Assembly: GCA_965221875.1 (NCBI GenBank)
Contig: OZ244920.1
Coordinates: forward strand, 1,502,444 to 1,566,443
Length of the DNA stretch: 64,000 nucleotides
Origin: Thermodesulfobacteriota bacterium
GTDB taxonomy: Bacteria; Desulfobacterota_D; UBA1144; Nemesobacterales; Nemesobacteraceae
Direction of reading: 5' to 3'
Below the pieces are notes generated by a model that had not been told where the DNA came from, did no database searches, and saw only the letters and a program-made list of their open reading frames with translations. The position numbers and the translations under genes are program-made. Each line of letters begins with the position of its first letter. The first letter of the stretch is position 1. Shown in pieces: positions 58,739 through 64,000 of this stretch.

Positions 58739-59536
58739 CTAGACCCCCACAGACTTTATTATTCTAAAAAAAGAGTCAGCTGAAAGACTTTCTCCTCCAA
58801 CCAGGACCCCGTCAACTTCATCAACAGACATTATCCCCTTTATATTACCCGTTTTGACGCTTCCGCCATATAGAATTTTCACACTATCGCCTAAACGGGG
58901 AAACATCTCGGTTAAAAGCTCTCGTATATATCGGTGAATCTCATCTATTTCCGAAGAAGTGGCGTTTTTCCCCGTCCCTATTGCCCAGACCGGCTCGTAT
59001 GCTATGACGATATCCTCTGAAATCCGCTCTTCATCCAGATCGTGCAGCGCATTTTTTATCTGGGTCTTTATCGGCGAAAAAAGCATCTCTTTTCTCGTCG
59101 AAATGTCTTCACTTTCGCGGATTGCTTCTTCTCTCTGGACTTCGGTTTCTCCCACGCAGAGAATTACTTTTAACCCGCAGGAGATTGACAGCAGAAGTTT
59201 TTCACGAATCTGTTCATCAGTCTCCCCAATTATGTGCCTTCTCTCCGAATGGCCAACAATAGCCCAGCTGCATCCGGCGTCCAAAAGCATCGGTGCGGAA
59301 ACTTCACCAGTGAACGCCCCGCTCATCCTGCTGAAAACGTTCTGGGCCCCAAGATCTATGTTTGAACCCGAGATGCCTCTTCTTACCACGTCAAGAACCG
59401 TATAGGGAGGCACAAGCACTACCTGACATGCATCGTAGTCCTCTCCAAGCAGGCTGACTATCGCACCGGACAACTCCAGTGCTTCCTCCCGGAGCAAATT
59501 CATTTTCCAGTTTCCAACGACAAGCTTTTTATCCAT
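58739..59536 (-). CDS. tpiA: Triosephosphate isomerase
   Basis: GNWKMN, GHSERR, AYEPVWAIGTG, YGGSV. Confidence 0.96.
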   Translation of the reverse strand: MDKKLVVGNWKMNLLREEALELSGAIVSLLGEDYDACQVVLVPPYTVLDVVRRGISGSNIDLGAQNVFSRMSGAFTGEVSAPMLLDAGCSWAIVGHSERRHIIGETDEQIREKLLLSISCGLKVILCVGETEVQREEAIRESEDISTRKEMLFSPIKTQIKNALHDLDEERISEDIVIAYEPVWAIGTGKNATSSEIDEIHRYIRELLTEMFPRLGDSVKILYGGSVKTGNIKGIMSVDEVDGVLVGGESLSADSFFRIIKSVGV

Positions 59537-59630
59537 TTAACACCCTATGACGAAAATTCGTCTTACCCGGAAAAACCGAGAAACCTACTCCCCTATCACA
59601 AGTAATGCAAGCTTTTCTCTCCCCAAATAC

Positions 59631-60770
59631 TCAACCCAGGAACTCACCCAACCTTCTTATTCCCTCCCGTATAGAGTCAACCGACGTCGTATAGGAGAAC
59701 CTGAGATAATCCCTTCCCCTGTCGCTGAAATCTATTCCGGGAGTCACGCCCACGTGGCAGTTCTCAAGAATATCAAATGCGAGGCTCCAGGAGTCTCGGC
59801 TCCATCGAGAGGAATTCACAAAAACGTAAAACGCCCCCTTGGGTTCAACCGAAATATCGAATCCAACTGAGGAAAGCCCTTTTATCATCTCCTTCCTTCT
59901 TCTGTCAAACTCAGTCACCATTGCCTCGCTGCCGCCGCCTTTTTTCACTTCTTCAATAGCGGCAACTCCTGCCTTCTGAACAAAAGATCCGGCGGAGATA
60001 AAAAGATTCTGCTGAAGTTTTTGCACGTACCTCACAAGGTCTTTTGGAACTATCATGTAACCGAGGCGCCAGCCTGTCATGGAGTAGAATTTAGCGAAGC
60101 CGTTTATCGCTATGGCGTTGTCAGTGAATTCCAAAATGGAATTAACGCGCGCTCCATAGACAAGACCGTGGTAGATTTCATCCGAAATCACAAAAAGACC
60201 CATCTCGGACAGTTCCCGGAGAATTTCTCTGTCCATAACGGCACCGGTGGGATTTGCCGGAGAATTCACCAGGATAGCTTTTGTTTTTCTGCCGATATTC
60301 TTTCTGATTTCTGCCGGGTCAACCTGATAGCCGTCACTTTCGTAAACAGGTATTTTCTTTGCGACTCCTCTCGCAACGCTTATTATCTGCGGATAACATG
60401 CATAATGCGGGTCCGTTATCAATATTTCATCGCCGGGGTTAAGAACGGTCAACATTGCCAGCAAAAGTGCCGGGGAGCTACCTATAGTTATTATTACTCT
60501 TTCATACCCCACTTGTATCCCATAAGTACGGCTGTAATCCTCCGCGACGCTTTTTCGAAGTTCATCAATTCCAAGACTGCTTGTGTACTTCGTGTAACCT
60601 TTTTCTATCCACCTCGCAGCAGCGGAGCATATTTCATCGGGAGTATTGAAATCGGGTTCTCCAACCTCGAAATGTATGATGTCCCGGCCTTCACCCTCAA
60701 GGCGCTTTGCCCTCTCAAGGATGTCCATTACGTAGAAAGGTTCTATGTTTTTAACCAGATCTGAAATCAT
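59631..60770 (-). CDS. PLP-dependent aminotransferase class I/II
   Basis: GEPDF, NSPANPTG, SDEIYH, KFYSMTGWRLG. Confidence 0.93.
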   Translation of the reverse strand: MISDLVKNIEPFYVMDILERAKRLEGEGRDIIHFEVGEPDFNTPDEICSAAARWIEKGYTKYTSSLGIDELRKSVAEDYSRTYGIQVGYERVIITIGSSPALLLAMLTVLNPGDEILITDPHYACYPQIISVARGVAKKIPVYESDGYQVDPAEIRKNIGRKTKAILVNSPANPTGAVMDREILRELSEMGLFVISDEIYHGLVYGARVNSILEFTDNAIAINGFAKFYSMTGWRLGYMIVPKDLVRYVQKLQQNLFISAGSFVQKAGVAAIEEVKKGGGSEAMVTEFDRRRKEMIKGLSSVGFDISVEPKGAFYVFVNSSRWSRDSWSLAFDILENCHVGVTPGIDFSDRGRDYLRFSYTTSVDSIREGIRRLGEFLG

Positions 60771-60808
60771 GTCGTGAAATCGCTTTTGGAATCAAGCAAG
60801 ACAAAAAA

Positions 60809-61324
60809 CTAATCCTGTGCGGAGACGAACCGCTCGTTGATCTGTTTTACAAGAAGATCTCTTTTAAGTCGCCTTAGCCTGTCAAAAAACAATATACCAT
60901 CAAGATGATCAATTTCATGCTGAAGCACCCTTGATAGCATTCCGTCCGCATCAATCGTGAAACGCTTTCCTTTTCTGTCGAGGGCAGATACATGAACATG
61001 GTTTTTTCTCCTTATATTCGCAAAAAAACCAGGAATGCTGAGACAACCTTCCTCTCCTACCTGGAACCCCCGAGAGGAAACAATCTCGGGATTTACAAGC
61101 TCATAGAACTCCCTTTCATCACTCTCAGGTAAAGGCACATCAACTACTAGAACCCGGATATTCCTGCCGACCTGTGGGGCCGCAAGTCCGATGCCATCTG
61201 CATCGCGTAGCGTCTCTGTCATATCATCCAGAAGACACTCAAGATCCTCACCTAGTTCCTCCACGGGCAGGGATTTTCTCTTTAACTCGGGGGCGGGATA
61301 AACAAGGATATCAAGCAAAGGCAT
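60809..61324 (-). CDS. def: Peptide deformylase
   Basis: GIGLAAPQVG, EGCLS, QHEIDHLDG. Confidence 0.96.
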   Translation of the reverse strand: MPLLDILVYPAPELKRKSLPVEELGEDLECLLDDMTETLRDADGIGLAAPQVGRNIRVLVVDVPLPESDEREFYELVNPEIVSSRGFQVGEEGCLSIPGFFANIRRKNHVHVSALDRKGKRFTIDADGMLSRVLQHEIDHLDGILFFDRLRRLKRDLLVKQINERFVSAQD

Positions 61325-61372
61325 CTGCGACGCTTATAAAAGAAGGGGTTAGCAGACCTAAGCGGTGGTCTG

Positions 61373-61663
61373 TCATTTATCACTGCTTTTTTCCGTAAGT
61401 TTCGGGGCAAGCCAGCTACTTACCCTAAATAGTGGAAGGGTCTTTTCGCCGATGTATATTTTTTCGCCTGTTCTGGGATTTCTCCCTTCATAAGGCTCGT
61501 AATTTTTTGTAAAGAAACTTCCGAAATGTCTTATTTCTATTCTTTCCCCGTCACGAAGCATCTCGGTCATAGCGTTAATTATGGCGTCCAGAACCTTTCT
61601 GGATTCTACGGAATTAAGGTCAAATTTCTGCGAAAGCTCCTTTTCAATGTCCGATTTTTTCAT
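61373..61663 (-). CDS. ihfB: Integration host factor beta / HU-family protein
   Basis: MKKSDI, RIEIRHFGSF, GRNPRTGE. Confidence 0.8.
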   Translation of the reverse strand: MKKSDIEKELSQKFDLNSVESRKVLDAIINAMTEMLRDGERIEIRHFGSFFTKNYEPYEGRNPRTGEKIYIGEKTLPLFRVSSWLAPKLTEKSSDK

Positions 61664-61760
61664 GACGTTTTAAAAATTAGCAAGGTTAGAACCTGATTTT
61701 TCACTCTAGATATTTTAGAGCCGTTTGTCAAGTAAGCCCTCGATTTTGCGAAGAGAATTC

Positions 61761-64000
61761 TCAGTATCCGAGATTCGGTCGAAGCCATTTCTCCGCCTCC
61801 TCAGGATCGATTGTTTTTCTTTTCGCGTAATCCAGAATCTGGTCTTTCAGTATTTTCCCAAGAAAGAAATATCTTGATTCGGGATGGGCAATGTAGAACC
61901 CTGAAACCGAACTTGGCGGAGTCATGGCGAAGCTCTCAGTAAGCGATACACCCGTGTGTTTTTCTGCATCGAGAAGATCCCAGAGAATCTCTTTTTCCGT
62001 GTGATCCGGACATGAAGGGTAGCCGGGAGCAGGTCTTATGCCCCTGTATTTTTCGTTTATCAGGTCTTCGGAACTGAGCTTTTCTTCTTTTCCGTACCCC
62101 CATATATCCCTTACTTTCTTATGAATCATCTCGGCAAGAGCTTCGGCTATCCTGTCTCCGAGCACGCTTGCCATAATCGAATTGTAATCATCCCCTTTTT
62201 GCTTAAAGTCTTCGGAGAATTGCTCGACCCCTTCACCCGCGGTCACCACAAACCCTCCAATGTAATCTTCTTTGCCCGAGACTTTCGGCGCTATAAAATC
62301 TGAAAGACAGTAGTAGCAACCCTGTTTAGAACGCATCTCCTGCTGTCTTAGAAAACGAAACGTTGCCAGAACCTGTCTTTCTTGTCCATGGATTTCACAA
62401 GAACCATGGCAGGTGCAGATATTAATGGTTGCCAGAGGATCTCTTTTTTCTCCATAGACTTCAACATCGTCTCCGACACTGTTTGCGCGAAAGAGTCCGA
62501 CAACAGCGCGGGGGGTAAAGATTTTTTCCAGGATTATCCGCTTAAGGAGTGCCTGGCCGTCCCGGTAAAGTTTTTTTGCCTGATCTCCTCTTTCGGGGTG
62601 CTCAAGTATTTTCGGAAAAACTCCTTTAAGCTCCCACGCCCAGAAAAAAGGAGACCAGTCGATGTAACCGGTGACTTCTTCAAGAGGGATGTTGTCGAAG
62701 ACAAAGACTCCAAGCCGCCCGGGGCGCTCTATTGCAATATTATCCCAGTCAGTCAGAAACGCTTTTTCCCTAGCCTTTTCTATGGAAGCATATTCCGTCT
62801 GGCCACGGGCTTTTTCAAAACGCTGCTTTTGCTCCAAGTTGCTTTTTTTCAGTTTCTCCATGTAGGCCTGGGCTTTTTCCGGGTCCAGCATCTCGTTGCA
62901 GGCACCTACCACAAGCGAAGCATCGGCTACGTGATCAACTATGCCACTGTATCCCGGAGCTATTCTTATCGCCGTATGAGCCCTGCTTGTTGTGGCCCCG
63001 CCTATAAGAAGAGGGATCTTGAAACCTTCCCGTTCCATCTCTTTTGCGTTATGCACCATTTCGTCAAGAGAGGGCGTAATCAGCCCGCTTAACCCTATAA
63101 AGTCTGCTCGATTCTCTCTCGCGACGTTGAGTATTTTCTCGCAGGGAACCATTACCCCAAGGTCTATTACCTCGTAGTTATTGCAACCGAGAACCACAGA
63201 CACGATATTTTTTCCTATATCGTGGACATCTCCCTTGACGGTAGCTATAACGAACTTCCCCTTGACTCCGCTGCTCCCCTCTTTTTCCTTTTCCATAAAC
63301 GGCTGAAGGTACGCAACGGCCTTTTTCATTACTCTTGCGCTTTTTACTACTTGGGGGAGAAACATTTTCCCGTCGCCAAACAAGTCGCCGACCACTTTCA
63401 TTCCATCCATTAGGGGACCTTCAATAACTCTAAGCGGGGATCCGTATTTGACCCTAGCTTCTTCGGTATCATCCTCAACGAAATCCCCTAGGCCGTTTAC
63501 AAGAGAGTGTTCAAGACGTTTTTCAACGCCAAGTTCCCTCCATTCTCTAGTTTCCTTTTCCGAACTCGCGGATTTTACACCTTCAAAATGTTTTGCGTGC
63601 TCGACAAGACGCTCCGTGGCGTCGGGGCGACGGTTAAGAAGCACGTCCTCCACCTTTTCAAGAAGCTCGGGATCAATGTCGTCGTAAACGGCGAGCATTC
63701 CAGCGTTTACTATTCCCATGTCAAGCCCGGCTTTTACGGCGTGGTAAAGAAATGCGCTGTGCATAGCTTCACGCACCACGTTGTTTCCCCTGAAGGAGAA
63801 GGATATGTTGCTTACTCCACCGCTTGTGAGTGCTTTGGGACAGGATTTTTTTATTTCCCTTACAGCCTCGATAAAATTCACGGCGTAGGAATTGTGTTCC
63901 TCGATGCCGGTTCCAACAGTAAGTATGTTCGGGTCAAAGATTATGTCGCAGGGATCCATGCCCACTTTTTCAGTTAATATGCGGTAAGCTCTTTTGCAGA
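61761..64000 (-). CDS. metH: B12-dependent methionine synthase, 5' part beyond window
   Basis: [45 protein letters not shown]. Confidence 0.97.
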   Translation of the reverse strand, partial: CKRAYRILTEKVGMDPCDIIFDPNILTVGTGIEEHNSYAVNFIEAVREIKKSCPKALTSGGVSNISFSFRGNNVVREAMHSAFLYHAVKAGLDMGIVNAGMLAVYDDIDPELLEKVEDVLLNRRPDATERLVEHAKHFEGVKSASSEKETREWRELGVEKRLEHSLVNGLGDFVEDDTEEARVKYGSPLRVIEGPLMDGMKVVGDLFGDGKMFLPQVVKSARVMKKAVAYLQPFMEKEKEGSSGVKGKFVIATVKGDVHDIGKNIVSVVLGCNNYEVIDLGVMVPCEKILNVARENRADFIGLSGLITPSLDEMVHNAKEMEREGFKIPLLIGGATTSRAHTAIRIAPGYSGIVDHVADASLVVGACNEMLDPEKAQAYMEKLKKSNLEQKQRFEKARGQTEYASIEKAREKAFLTDWDNIAIERPGRLGVFVFDNIPLEEVTGYIDWSPFFWAWELKGVFPKILEHPERGDQAKKLYRDGQALLKRIILEKIFTPRAVVGLFRANSVGDDVEVYGEKRDPLATINICTCHGSCEIHGQERQVLATFRFLRQQEMRSKQGCYYCLSDFIAPKVSGKEDYIGGFVVTAGEGVEQFSEDFKQKGDDYNSIMASVLGDRIAEALAEMIHKKVRDIWGYGKEEKLSSEDLINEKYRGIRPAPGYPSCPDHTEKEILWDLLDAEKHTGVSLTESFAMTPPSSVSGFYIAHPESRYFFLGKILKDQILDYAKRKTIDPEEAEKWLRPNLGY

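Overview
Gene-dense bacterial chromosome segment (diderm; gene content and style tentatively suggest Candidatus Dadabacteria or a related deltaproteobacterial-type, possibly host-associated lineage, which is an inference only). It is mostly housekeeping: ileS, fsa/tal, tlyA-ispA-xseB, hemAC, hflX, clpB, proS, ispG, sufT-apbC, dnaJ-like, mtnP, rsmG, trmI, pckA, nth, fdx, secG, tpiA, def, ihfB, partial metH, and tRNA-fMet, -Lys and -Glu. Accessory elements: (1) a giant Calx-beta repeat adhesin (>1970 aa, absent from the ORF track, running off the left edge) with a C10 slippage tract in its leader; (2) an uncharacterised envelope cluster (GT87-like membrane glycosyltransferase, DUF547 protein, outer-membrane barrel, His-less CxxC cytochrome-c-like small protein); (3) a pair of PTPS genes plus a sepiapterin-reductase-like SDR (BH4-type pterin route; one PTPS lacks the catalytic Cys); (4) a solitary MmeI-like Type IIL restriction-modification enzyme; (5) an intact tnpB-only IS200/IS605 element inside a decayed MFS paralog; (6) an unannotated 38-aa His-flanked membrane peptide; (7) a Cys-free ApbC/Mrp; (8) tandem alpha/beta-hydrolase paralogs. 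No CRISPR array or rRNA seen. All family assignments come from motif recognition, not database searches.
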